This document shows, piece after piece, positions 31,277-44,798 of a stretch of DNA of 64,000 nt. The notes below the pieces were generated by a model. It searched no databases and was not told the origin of the DNA. It saw only the letters and a list, made by a program, of their open reading frames with translations. The stretch is from the human T2T-CHM13v2.0 reference genome, Homo sapiens: assembly GCF_009914755.1 (NCBI RefSeq), contig NC_060937.1. The stretch is one strand, 5' to 3'. Each line of letters begins with the position of its first letter. Positions within the stretch are counted from its first letter, which is position 1. Both the position numbers and the translations under genes were made by a program.

Positions 31277-31365
31277 ATCCAGATATACATTGGGTAAAAT
31301 CTACTTCATAGGTTTTCAAAAGAGCATTCTTCTGAGCAAATCTGAAAACTCTCTAAACTCTATTG
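31277..31365 (+). CDS. DAOA: DAOA coding exon 2, (R)SRYTLGKIYFIGFQKSILLSKSENSLNSI
   Basis: Acceptor ttctttaatttttag|A, donor ATTG|GTATGT. 89 nt and in frame with exons 1 and 3. Confidence 0.96.
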
Positions 31366-31801
31366 GTATGTTACTCTTTATCTTTATATGAATTTAAATT
31401 CTTCTAGAAGTTAGATAAAACTGTGGTAAAGCTACATAATACTTTTGACATATTTTCAAGCGTAGACAAACTTCAATTAATTTGTAAGATACAGGAAGAA
31501 AATTTTTCCAGTTAAAATGTACCTCTTGGTTTCTGGAGTGTTAGCAACCTTTCACACTTACAGTTCAAACAGTGCAACCTTGTAAAACATATATAACTTA
31601 TGAAGAGATCGATATCTCTTTTTATAAAGCAAACAAGTAAATTTTTCCCTCAATCCATGATTTATTTTTGTGAAGTGGGAATTTAAGGCAGTAGTTCTGC
31701 TTTCAAGTGAAAACCTGGATCAACTTTTAAATATCTATAGGCGCAAACCCAAGCTAGGTCTCACACAGTGCCTCACTTAATAATCTGTCAACGTTTAATT
31801 C

Positions 31802-31922
31802 TTTTTCTTTTTTTTTTTTTTTTCTGGAGACAGGGTCTCACTATGTTGCCCAGGCTGGAGTGCAGCAGCGCCTCGGCCTCCCCAAGTGCTAGGATTACAG
31901 GTGTCAGCCACAACACCCAGCC
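31802..31922 (-). mobile_element. Internally deleted AluJ/FLAM-like element
   Basis: Alu 3' end joined directly to the Alu 5' end. Confidence 0.75.
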
Positions 31923-32056
31923 CATTAATGTTTAATCCCCTAGAAGGTGATCCTTTTTTTTTTTTTTTTTTTCAAAGAGACAAATTGCAGCTCCTTCTCT
32001 GGGCTTTTCTAAACTATAGCAGATAACTTAAAATCTGACATGCCAAGATATAGCCT

Positions 32057-32553
32057 TGTCTTAGTTTTCTATCACTGCTATAACAAATAAGCACAAATTT
32101 AGTGGTGAAAAAAACAAGCACATTCATTATTTCATAGTTCTCATCAGGCTGACAGACATCTTACCTGGCTAAAAGCAAGGAATGGGCAGGGCTGCATGCC
32201 TTCTGGAGGCTCCAGGGCTGAGTCCATTCTCTTGCCTGCCCCAGCTTCTGGAGGCCTCCTGCATGCCTTGGCTCGTGGCCTGCCCTCTGTCTTTGGAGTC
32301 AGCAATGTTGCTTCTCTGACCACTCTTCTTCCAGCATCCCCCTCTCTAAGCACAGCAGGGAGACCTTCACTGATTATAAAGATGCCTGTGACTACCTTGG
32401 ACCCACCAGGATAACCGAGGTCACTCTCCACCTCCCGGTCGTTAACATTAATTACATCTATGAAGTCCCTTTGTTACACAAGATTCCACAGGTTTTCAGG
32501 ATTAAGAACTGGACATTTTTGGGGGGTGGAGCAAAGAAGTTTCTGCCTACCAC
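32057..32553 (-). mobile_element. MLT1D-like MaLR solo LTR
   Basis: tgtcttagtttt...ctgctataacaaat...gcagggctgcatgccttctggaggctcc...ctgcctaccaca. Confidence 0.8.
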
Positions 32554-34819
32554 AGCCCTTGATAGCATAATTAAAACATTGATTTTCATAAGGTTTTCCT
32601 AAACTGAATTTTATTTTGCCTCAAAGGTGCAGATGGTCAGTCTTTGAGTGCCAAGTTTAGATGCTCATCTTACTTTTAATTTCTGACCAAGATTGATGAT
32701 TACTTGAATATGTTGGCTACCCAAGTAATTTTATTTACTTTTATTAAAGAGGATAATTATATTTCAATTAATAGATTCTCTTTAACAACAATTAAAAAAT
32801 TACAAATGTTAGCTGAGAGTGACAGATATGAAATGAATTTAAAAAGTCTAATCAATGCCTGGTGGAATAATTTGAGAAGCAAAATAATTAGAAACAATTT
32901 TCATTGAAAGGCATGCAGTATGTTAATTTCTTCCACTTAGCCTTCAACAAAGCTAAGAATGTTGGAAGGAAAACAAGCTTATTGTCTTCTAATGATGGCC
33001 ATGCCTTGGAACACTATTCCCTTCAGAGATTTGTCTCTGGTTTGTGGAATCACAGTAAAATATTATGAAAATAATTGTGGGTAAACAGGGAGAAGCCAGA
33101 CATGAAAAGAAGCGAGATCTTGGAGCATATATCTATTTGCGTGCTAGTCTTGTTAGCTGTAAATAGACATGAACATGAAATGTGGGAATAGCAGAATAAT
33201 TTTTCCAAGTGCATATTTTTTATCAAATCAATCTTTACTTTAAAAATTAGTGTAAAATTAAGAAGACAGCAGACATCAGTATGTTTCAGCATGTATATAA
33301 GCAGAAGTAGACAAGGCATCTACATTTTCTACAGGTAGGAGAGAGTTATCATCTCATTAGATAGTTAAGTACCATACCATAGGGTTCAATAATATTCATA
33401 CTAGGCAGAACACTAAATTCAAAGTAGCTGGAGGGCAGAATTTTCCTTATGTTCTCTTATCACCATCCACACTGTCTTAACCACCTAGGTGTGTACCGTT
33501 AGTTCCTGGCTGCATTTTCTCCTCTTCAACTTGCAAATTTTTCCTGTATTAAAACTAATTCTGCTCTGTCATATTTTATTTGGGCTTTATTTTCTAATAA
33601 TGACAATGAGTGTAAAAGAAATTCACATTATCCAATCCTATTTTATTTCTTTCAGGTATTCACCAAATCCACAAAAATGTAAGGCCCAAAAATAATGTAC
33701 CAGTGGTGAAAATTTTAAACATTTCTGACACATAGATGAAGGGGATATATATTTTATGAAGTAATGAGCTTATTATAGGGGACTGAGTTTGATACTTTCT
33801 CTGCCTTCACATCGTTGTGAGAGTTTACAGATTTTACAAACTCAAGGTTATAAACTACTTTCCAATTATCGTTTCCCTACTCTGAAATAATTAAAGTAAA
33901 TTCAAATGGTCTTTTTGGTAGCATTCCTTCTTTCTGTCATAGCACTAATAAAAGCCCTAAATTTGTCAAGAAAAAGAAAATGGTATCAAGCTGAATTTTG
34001 TGATGTGTGGGGAACCAACTGAAGGATATTTTTCTAGCAATTGTCTAATTTACTTTCATCATATTTCCAAACTTTCCAAAGCAATATTTAATATTCTGAC
34101 AGTTGTGTTTTCTCAGTCTCTATTGAATGCAAAGAGAATCACTCTATGTCTTTTTTTATTCCATATTGAGGGCTATTTTTAGTTTTTTATTTCTTGGATG
34201 ATTTCTTATTGGCTTTTACAATAAATTCCAGCTAATGGATTTTTACTTGGTTAATCTTCCTAACCAAAATTTGATCTACTTTTTTTTTGTCCCCAGGCTG
34301 GACATGTTTCTTTACTGGATTAATCATCTTGCTCATTGGAATTTTTTTTTTTTTTTGCAAGAAGAGACTAGAGTTATATTCTTGTTATATATCTAACCAG
34401 AATAAACTATCAAGATTAAAAATAACTGCTTAAGGAATAACAAACATAATTTCTAATATATAGCAGCTATCTTTGTTATGTATTAAGCACACTGTCCTCA
34501 TATAAAATGCTATTCTTTTCCAGTTTTGGGGAAACTGGAATTTCTCTGTGTAGCCATGCTGGCAACTTGTCTCACTTTCCTTTTTCTTTTTTACCCCCAT
34601 GGCTAATAATTTTAAAATGCCCTGATACCATGCCTTTTTTATCATTCTCATTTTTAAGCCAACTAACAAAATGCCAAACAACACACTCATTAACATTATC
34701 TACTATTTATTACATATTTATAAATTATAGAAGCTAGACGGTAAAAGCACAATTATTTTAGAAATTCTACATACATAAAATAAAGCAGCTCACCCATGTA
34801 CACCCAACCAAAATATTCT

Positions 34820-35459
<640 letters not shown>

Positions 35460-36762
35460 TAAAATACAGTTTGATAATTGAGTTAAAGCCACTATACAGA
35501 GAATAATATTGGTCAAACCGAATGTGTGGCAAATGCACTTTATATTGATCAAGGTGAAGGATATAAGAGTCGAATAAATGGTATAAAATTTGGACTAAGA
35601 ACCAGTTCCAGGACAAATAACATATTAGCACAGATTTGATATGAAGTTTACCTAGATGATACCAAGAGGGCTTCTAGGAAATGTTCATCCTTTCATATAA
35701 AAAATAAATTGATGGGCTCAGAATTTCAAATAAGTGTTTGCTACTTACTTGAAAATAAGAAAGGGAGTGCTATTTGTCTAGAAAGTAGGTTATGTTAACA
35801 TGATAAGGCATTTAAAGACATGGTAAGCTCATACAGATGTATCATGAACATGAATCAAAGATTTTACTTGATTAATAAGAGAAACAATAAGATGTTACAA
35901 CCAATTCAAAGGCAAATTTAAAATCATCTACAGGTAAAACTGGTCGATTCACAGAGCAATAATCCTTAGCATTTTCACTGGACACTCTCTTTGCATTTTT
36001 CTGGAAGAAAGTCAATTGCATTTATATCATATTTTTAAAATTTTACAAAGTTGCAAAATAGCTCAAAGATGATGAAAGGCAGAGAAATCTTGGAAGACTC
36101 TGCTAGTCAGGTGATTTAGTAATCTTTACAGCTCATTTCACAGTCTTTCACAACTTTTTCCCACATTCACTATCACACTCCATTCTCTTTCCACGCCAAA
36201 GTAAGAGGAATTATTTAACCCTATCTAAGAACTCATAAAATACTAATACAACTTAAGATCCCCTCAAAAAACTACCTTGTGGTCAACACCGGAGGAAAGG
36301 CCCCTTGACAGGGAAAAGGAATCTTCCCAACACTCACACAGGGAAGGGACGAGAGGACTATTTCATCGTGAGGTTTGGAGCTTTGGAAAGGCTATGCACA
36401 TGTTATTTAAGTATGGTATAGGCAATCCATTTCATGAGGAACAAAGAATTAGGCACCACAGTTAATTTTTTCGTGCCATTTTGATATTTTTGTTTTACTG
36501 TAACTAAATGACTCAAAGTATAGTCCGATCCAGAGAGAGAAGCCACCCTTCGTTTGGGCTTAATCTCAAAACACAGATGTATATTTCAATCAACAGATGA
36601 CATTTGAGTCTCTGAGGGAATTTTGTCTTAACCAAAAACCTCTGAAAAATTAAGTAAAATGGACAATTCCTACAATCGCTCCACAGTCATTAAACCAACA
36701 TGTATGTTAAAAGATGTGATAGAGTTAATATGTATTATATATCCACTTAAATACTGTTGCAG

Positions 36763-36910
36763 CAAAGGAGACAGAAGAAGGAAGAGAGACGGTAACAAGG
36801 AAAGAAGGATGGAAGAGAAGGCATGAGGACGGCTATTTGGAAATGGCACAGAGGCATTTACAGAGATCATTATGTCCTTGGGTCTCTTACCTTCCTCAGC
36901 CCTATGCAGA
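36763..36910 (+). CDS. DAOA: DAOA coding exon 3, AKETEEGRETVTRKEGWKRRHEDGYLEMAQRHLQRSLCPWVSYLPQPYAE
   Basis: Acceptor tgttgcag|CA, donor GCAGA|GTATGT. 148 nt; translation matches pLG72 residues 45-94. Confidence 0.96.
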
Positions 36911-37381
36911 GTATGTATCTTCTTCATTTTAAACTTTTAACCAGGAGAAAGCTAAATGCTAATGTTGGAACTTACGAAAGCAACTTCTCTGGGCTTTTTA
37001 ATATTAGATTATACTTCATGTTGAACTTTTATCTAGCTCAGAGATTATTTGTCTATTACATAGGAACCATTTTAACACTTTTTTAAAAGTATCCACTGGC
37101 TTCTTCACATTTTTTCATGCAGTAGTTTTTCTTGAATTTTGTTTTTTATAAAAATTACTAGGAAAGTTTGTTAAATTTTCAGATTTCCAGGCCTCATATC
37201 ATCAGTAAATCTGGATCACCCTCAAAATACCCATCTTTGTCAAGCATCTTGGGTGATAATGTTGTGTCTCTCTTTAGAACCCCAAGGCTATTGAGAGGGA
37301 AATATGTGAAAAATAAGCCTGCCCATACACAACAATAACATGGGAAAGGAACAATGTAAATTTCACACTGCCTACGTGAGA

Positions 37382-37414
37382 GTGTGTGTGTGTGTGTGTG
37401 TGTGTTTGTGTGTG
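37382..37414. repeat. (GT)n microsatellite
   Basis: Read directly from the sequence. Confidence 0.9.
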
Positions 37415-39203
37415 TAGGTGTTTTAAATATAAAACACTTAAAACTGTTTCCCAGATTATTTTCAACTGTTTGACCCCCTAGTACTGAAGCTCTACCAAGC
37501 TACAATATCTGATGCTATCTATCTTTTTTTGCCTCTTATGATAATTATTTAATTATGTGTTCACATAATTAAATGGGACTTTTTCCCCTAAATAATGCTT
37601 TTATTTTCATGTTAGGCTTAACGAGAATAAACAACATTGCATTTTTTTTACCTTTTTAGAATAGTATAAACATTAAGTTAAAATCAGTTGCAAAATATTA
37701 TTTTTTAAAATTGTTCTGAAAATAATGTTTAACCAAATAATTTAATGTTGACTTTCATGTTTTATCTGAGGCTATTTAAATTTGTCATTTACCATATTCC
37801 TAAAGCCCTTTAGTTTGCCACGCAAAAAAAGTATAGCCAAGCAGCTAGAAAATGGAAAAGTCACTCACTGAAATTATATTTATAGACATAGCAACAGGAC
37901 TATTGCAGAGTAATTCCACAGTGATTTTTAGTCCTACTGATGAGCTATAATCTGTCTATAAAGTAGTAGAGGCTATAGTTTATCGGTGTGAAGCAAAGTT
38001 AAATTTAGACGTGTTCTATAAGAGGTTATTTCTACTCATTTTCAATCTAGAGTTCCAATCAGAGCTGCCTAATCTTTTTGTACTACAGGAAAGCTACTTA
38101 AATAAGCTCTACCATCTCTAAAAGGAAGCTAAATTATTCAACTTCCTTATCAAACTTTCCTTTGGAACAAGGAATTAGGCAAGAACATATTGTAGGTATG
38201 ATTGTGTGAAGTTTCATGCTAGAAGCTTACCTGGCCAGAGAGTTAGACTGTACCATTCTATAACAGGTGTTCTAATTTAAACTATGTATATATTTTATTT
38301 ATCCGTGTTGAATATTTCTATGACATCCTATTTACTAGGTTATAAAATTTTCCATGATAACTTTTATTATTATAAGTAATGAAATTATTTATTTATACTG
38401 AATGAATCTTTGATATGTTGAGAATAATGCCAATGGGACTATGAGGTTTCCCAAGTCCTTCAATAAATATCTAAACCATATAATTGCAGGCATCACATAG
38501 GAAGACAGAAATTGTTTCGATTTGCTAAACATCTTTCAAAAGATTTTACTCAAAACACTGCTTATTACTAGAAAGTGTGAGTGTGTGCATGCGCGTGTGT
38601 GTGTGCGTGTGTATTTTAAGAACATGATCATTTGTAATACATAGATATTGTCTTACTAATGGCACTATTCTGCTTCTTCAAAATTATCTCAAGGCAAAGG
38701 GCAATAGATTAATCAATAAATGACAATGTTCTATCAACTTGCATTTTAAAATAAAGTCAGATAATGCTACAAATTCGTAATCAATTATTTCACTGTGAAA
38801 TTAATCAGTTTAAGGGTTTGGGGATTGACTGACTAAAGCCAGCAAACGTGCATCTAAAACAAAATCTGACATGCATAAATTTACAATTATATGAAACAAA
38901 TCGGCTGCAAGAAAATACTCCAGAATGGAAAAAGTTAAGATTGCAATTACTCTTTTCAAGTTGGAATTGGGAATTGGGGAAGAGAGGAAGTTGGAGAAAA
39001 GCCAGAGTCAAAATTTTGGTGAGAAATAAAGAATAGTTGAAGGAGTGTTTTCACAAGTGTCCTTAAGGCTTTGAAAATGTCATTCCTCTTCTGGAAATCT
39101 CATGACTTTTAAAAAGTAAAAGACAAACTTGATGATAAATCTGAAATTAAGCAGAAGATTGTATTTCCCGTTCTGAACGAACATTCACCTCATTTTTTTC
39201 TAG

Positions 39204-39297
39204 ACATTCCAAGGTGATTCTAAATGGCAATTTGCACTGTCATTTTAAAAGAATTTCTCAGATATTTGCTGGGCACTTTATGGAAGGAGACACTGAG
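39204..39297 (+). CDS. DAOA: DAOA alternative cassette exon giving a 126-aa short isoform ending EHSKVILNGNLHCHFKRISQIFAGHFMEGDTEA*
   Basis: Acceptor catttttttctag|A, donor GAG|GTAAAG. 94 nt, open in the phase of exon 3. Splicing to 54128 gives GCT TGA. Agrees with my recollection of the short G72 isoform. Confidence 0.8.
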
Positions 39298-39405
39298 GTA
39301 AAGATGTTAAGCTGCATACCCCTAGTGAGATAAGAAAGCAGAAGTGAAGTCAGCCTTAGAAACCAGATCTCCAGACTCCTGGGCCTTCATTCTTAAACCA
39401 CACTC
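39270..39405 (-). mobile_element. MIR relic overlapping the cassette-exon donor
   Basis: gacactgaggtaaagatgttaag...ccagactcctgggcc...cttaaaccac resembles antisense MIR. Confidence 0.55.
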
Positions 39406-41673
39406 TCATTTAATATATCCACTGTGGCTTTTACCATGACAAAAAACGTAATTGGATCCATGAATGCAGAGCCTTGGAGGGCACTATCAGCATTACACAT
39501 TATCTTTCATCTTGAAATCTCACAAAGCTTTATTAAACTGTTCAAAAAGGAAGTGTTATTGTTCCCAGATACCTCTCTCTTCCCAAAAGATAGCTCAAGT
39601 GGATTTATCAGGTGGCTAAATGGGAGTACTAAAGAGGTTAAATTTAATTCAGGAAAGGATCTTTCCCTTAGGAACACAGAAGCTTTTGCAGTGTTGGTGC
39701 TAAAATGGTTCCCTTGTCAGAGGAGTTACGTTTTATGAGATCCTCTAAGCAAATTTAGAAAAGGAGAGGAACTTGACCACAGAAACTGTGTTTGATACAT
39801 TTGAGCAACAAAGTAAGTTTTCATTCCATGGCATGCTGTAATGTGGGAAGGTAAAAATATCTCAGATTGATAAATTCCGCTAAATTAATCAAAGGCTGTA
39901 TTTATGAAGGCAAAATAAAGAAACAATTAGAAATAATCTGGGTGATTTAGGGTGAAGAATATTACATTATGAATCTTTAAGGCAATTTGAAATCCAATCA
40001 TTTTTATTTAAAACGTTTAATATGGAAATACTCTCAATTATATTTAAGACAAAGTAAGATGTTGGTAGTGTCTTTATTGGAATATCTATTTACAGAACTT
40101 AGCAGGAAAAATGTCTGTGTAATGGCTTCAATTATTCACATTTATTTTGTGTGTTTTGCATAAAGAAAAACTAAGAACTGCACACTAAATTTTTATGAAT
40201 GCACACACATATATATATACCCACATTTTTAAATGGGTTATGATAGGGGAGAGGACTATTAAAATAACTCTAAACAATATTTATTGGAGGGTCTCATTCT
40301 CATATTAGTTTATTAAAATTTTATGTAAATAATTCTCCACATTAATATATATATTTTTTCAGACTCTTTCAGAGACATTTTAACTCACGATGTGGGAAAA
40401 CCAATGAGAGAAGAAAAAAGAAATTCTCATCTGAAACTTGAACTTATCAAAACTCACTTGTCTAGAAATTAGCCTGGGAACATCCAGGCACTGGAATTTC
40501 TCACTTTTTTTCCTTCTCCCTCTCAACTTCAGTACTGAAAGGAGAAAGTCATTTCCAAATGTCTATGTTTTGACTTTTTAAATAGACCAAATTTAGAGTC
40601 ATGTAAAGATACAATAATTAGCTTTCTTAACAATTTTCACCCAGAGGTATTTTTATAGAGAATAAAAACAACAACAAAAAAGCCTTTTTGTTATAAAACG
40701 TTCACTTGTACCAAAAAACATGAATCTGTAAAAAAAAAAAAAAAAATTACATATGAGGTACTACAAAAAGGGAGGTCCACAGGCCTAATTCTCCCTCTCG
40801 GTGATTTATGATGTGGGTGTAAAAAATGAGGTGGGTATTTTAAAAAATAATAAAAAGAATCCTTCCTTTACCTCATTCTAAATCTGATGAATGGCTATAA
40901 ATAGGGCATGAAATTTGGGGCCAGCCACAGTTCCAATTATTCCTAATTTCCTTATACCCAAGGCATATGATTGAGTTAGAGTACCTGGTGAGTACTCTAA
41001 CTCAAAACGTTTGAGTCTCAGCACGATTCCAGTCCCTGCCTCAGTTTCTCCAGGCTCCCATTGATTGGTGTCAAGCACAGTTCCTTCACCCCCTACAGAG
41101 CCCCTGTATTCCCAACCCACCACCCACCAGGGGCTCCTGTCAGCACCCATGAGCGTTTTCATAGCCCTCTGCAGCTTACAGTTATCTCTGTAAATTGTTC
41201 TGAGGAATCCTCAGCAACTTTCTGATGAAATTTGTTAGTAGCCACAAGCTAGTGGAAGAACAACGTCACTCTTCTCTTACTTTCTCCTGTCTGCCTCCTG
41301 TAGTTCTCCCTCTAACCTGGTGGCTTACATCTTTCAATCAGGCTCATTTTGTATAAAGCAGGCCTTTATGTCAGAAGCTGAGACCTCCAACAGATGGAAA
41401 TGAAAACCATCCTGCTACCAGACCTTGGATCTGGAAGGTCAGTCTTGGTGCTTGTTTTTCCCAAAGTCACTGAGGCGCTTCAAGGCTGTGACACCTTACC
41501 TGCAGTGCAGTCTATCAGATAGAGTTTCTACTCTCCCTAAATTATACTTCCTCCGGTGCAGATTAATTAGTGATTTACTTCTGGGTTACATACCTAAAAC
41601 ATATTGGTTATAAAAATAATCCTACACAAATGCCAGTCACATAAAAATAAACTGAATGTAAAAATTAGAAACT

Positions 41674-41950
41674 AACCAGGCATAGTGGCTCATGCTTGTA
41701 ATCCCATACTTTGGAAGGCCAAAGTAGGGGAACTGCTTGAGCCCAGGAGTTCAAGACCAACCAGGGAAACCTAGATGCCATCTCTACAAAGAATTTAAAA
41801 ATTAGCCAGATATGTTGGTGCATGCCTGTAGTCCCAGCTTCTTGGGAAGCTGAGGAGGGAGGATCCCTTGAACCCAGAAAGGAGAGTATTCAGTGAGCCG
41901 AGATCACAGCACTGCTGTCCAGCCTGGGTGACAGAGCCAAACAACCTATA
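41674..41950 (+). mobile_element. AluJ
   Basis: Diverged Alu with gcttgagcccaggagttc. Confidence 0.85.
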
Positions 41951-43589
41951 AACTAAAACATTTAAAAAATTTACATATGACAGAAAAACATGATTTGTGA
42001 GATAGATATTTATCGGGTATCTACCAGAGCAATTTAATTCCTAAAAATAGGCACATAGTTTTTAAAATAATAGAATATCATGAGAGTCATTTCCAAAAGG
42101 CATGATTCTATGTCTTGAACATTAATTATTTCACTTGTAAAATTTCATTAAAAATTTATTTAACTTGTTATGTTTAAGACTTTGCCTCAAACCAAAATAG
42201 AATCTATCATTTAAAATATTTTTCAAAAGATCTCTACTGTGCAGTATTATTTAACACTCTGTAATGATAGTTAATACTATGAAATATATTTGGTTTCTTG
42301 GTCATTTGTGACCATCCAGTTAGGCAATTATTTTAAGCCAAAGCAGCCTATAAGAAATTTTAAGCTGAGTTTTCTTAGAACAACATCTAACAATACAGCT
42401 GCACTTCAATGAAAAATGATTGTTTTTTACACAAATGTACCTTATACAGATGTACTTTTCTAAAAAACCTTTTCTTCAGATTCACCAGGAAGATTATGGT
42501 GTGTTTCTTTAATTAGAGGATTTCTGCAATTGTGTGGTTTACTGGTCTGTACAGAAGCTTCCCTTAGTACGCATTCAATAGTCAATTGGTATCGAGGAGT
42601 GCTGAAACCTGTACTAATTTTCCAACTGAACAGAGCAGATGCATACTCACCCATTTGTACTTTTACAAACTAGGACAATAGCAGCTTTTCTTAGGGGCTT
42701 ATATAAAATTCCAAAGAGAAAGGGCACTGTGTTCTTTTCTGTTCAAGAATAGACTTGATTACACATTTTGGGGCATAGGGTTTAAAGGAATATAGGAAAA
42801 GGGAGTCTCCAGTTGCCTACATTTAGACTGGAACCTTCTCTGCACCTTCCATGGAAGGGTAGTGTGAAAGATATTTTAAACCAATTGATTTATCTTGCTT
42901 TATTTCTGAGCATCTTGACTCCAACTGTATTGCAATTAAAAATAATTTTTTTTTAATGGCGGAGACTCTGATTTGTCCCATGCCCCTTCTTCTAAATTCC
43001 AAGAGTCTATGTTCCTTGACAGTAGGACTTTGTTTTGCTATTTCATTATGCCAAACACCAATACCCATGCCTGGCAAGTAGCAGATGCCTGCCTACTTGG
43101 CTGAAAAAATGGGTGATCTTCAATTTTTAGCCAAACTAACCCACTCTTGTCTACTCATTTGTGTTGCTTTTTGTCTCACAGATTGATTATCTCATCAATT
43201 CATTTATTTGTTGATTCATCCATTCATTCAACAACTATTCACTGGGCACTAACATATACTTAGGTTTTGTTCAGAGTTCTCAGAATTCAGTGGTGCACAG
43301 GACCATTTATCTTTATCTCTTTATCTTCGCTATAAATTTCTCCTCACCTTTTAGAACACAGCCCCCATCTTTCCATTTGAGGTTGCTTCCCAAAACAAGT
43401 ACATAGCTTTGTTTCTGTTCGTATTGTTTCTTGGTTTTTTCAAGGGATTTTTGCCAATCACAATAAAAGCATATAGGAGAGACCGAAAGAGCAACAAACA
43501 TTACAGAAGTGTAAGAATGCTAGAAGGTCCTATCATTATTGTCTGTGATCTATATTTCCTGACACCTTTATTGAAATTCTCTAGGGCTT

Positions 43590-44022
43590 TGTATTAGCTT
43601 TTTAGGGCTGACATAATACACTATTGCAAACTGAGTGGCTTAAAACAGTTTTAGGCAATTTATTGTCTCATAGTTCTGGAGGGTAGAAGTCTGAAATTAA
43701 CACACAGGCTGGTTCCCACTGGACAGAGAATCTGTGCCAGGCTTCTCTCCGACTTCCTGATGGTGGCCGGCAATGCGCCACCTTCCTTGGCTGACAGGCA
43801 CATCAGTCAATCTCTACCTCTGTCTTCACATGGTCACCATTCCCTGTGGCTCTGCTCCTCTTCCTAGAAAGACACCAGCAATATTGGATGTAGAGCCCAC
43901 TCTACTCTAGTATTACCTCATCTTAACTAAGTACATCCACAATGACCCTATTTCCAAATAAGGGCACATTCTGGGGTTCTGGAAATGACATAAATTTTGA
44001 GGGGACACCATTTAAACCAGTA
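43590..44022 (-). mobile_element. MLT1B/C MaLR solo LTR
   Basis: tgtattagc...gtggcttaaaac...atagttctggagg...gaccctatttccaaataagg. Confidence 0.8.
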
Positions 44023-44669
44023 GAGACTACTTTCGTGAATTTTAAGAAACTCATAGAAAGAGTTCACATAGACTCTTGGAATTTAGAAGAAGGGGCCTAG
44101 GACAAATCAGAGTCTCTGCCATTTAAAAAAATTATTTTTCATTGCAATACAGTTGGAGTCAAGATGCTCAGAAACAAAGCAAGATAAATCAATTGGAAGA
44201 CATTTTCTCTGATGTCTTCTTTAGCAGAAGCCTTTATAAACTCCTTTATCTAAAAGTACCCCTGAAAATAAAATAGGTCAGAATAATAGGTCATTTTTCA
44301 ATGACAAAATATTTAATAACACATAGTATTTATCATTTTAGTACATAACAATATTCAGCCAGTCACATCTTATAAATTGAAATAGTAAGATTAAAATTCC
44401 CTGTCATTAAAATTTCATTTCTTTTTCTTCTAAGTAAAAACTGATGATTTTAGTCTTTTGGAGGCTGTCATTTTCTAAATCAGTATTTGAATAATGGTAG
44501 ATTGTGGTAGTGAAATGAGCTGTGTGAACTAGCAGATACAATATTTTACCTTTTCTGGCTTGTGTATTACATGGAATTTTACATGTGTTTTTGGTTACTA
44601 AGAGTCATTAAGGAAGGAGAGGAATGTCAATGGTAGACATTTGCCACTTGGTTTTGGTTTGCTGGCATC

Positions 44670-44754
44670 TGTATTAGGGTTCTCCAGACAGATAGAACCA
44701 ATAGGATAGATATAGATAATAGATACATAGATGGATGGATGGATGGATAGATAC

Positions 44755-44798
<44 letters not shown>

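Noticed and set aside
32144-32431. GC-richer paired ORFs on both strands
   Set aside because: Entirely within an MLT1D-like LTR with no splice support.
36823-37086. 87-aa ORF overlapping DAOA exon 3 in another frame
   Set aside because: It runs through the donor into the intron, and I could not build a spliced continuation without stops.
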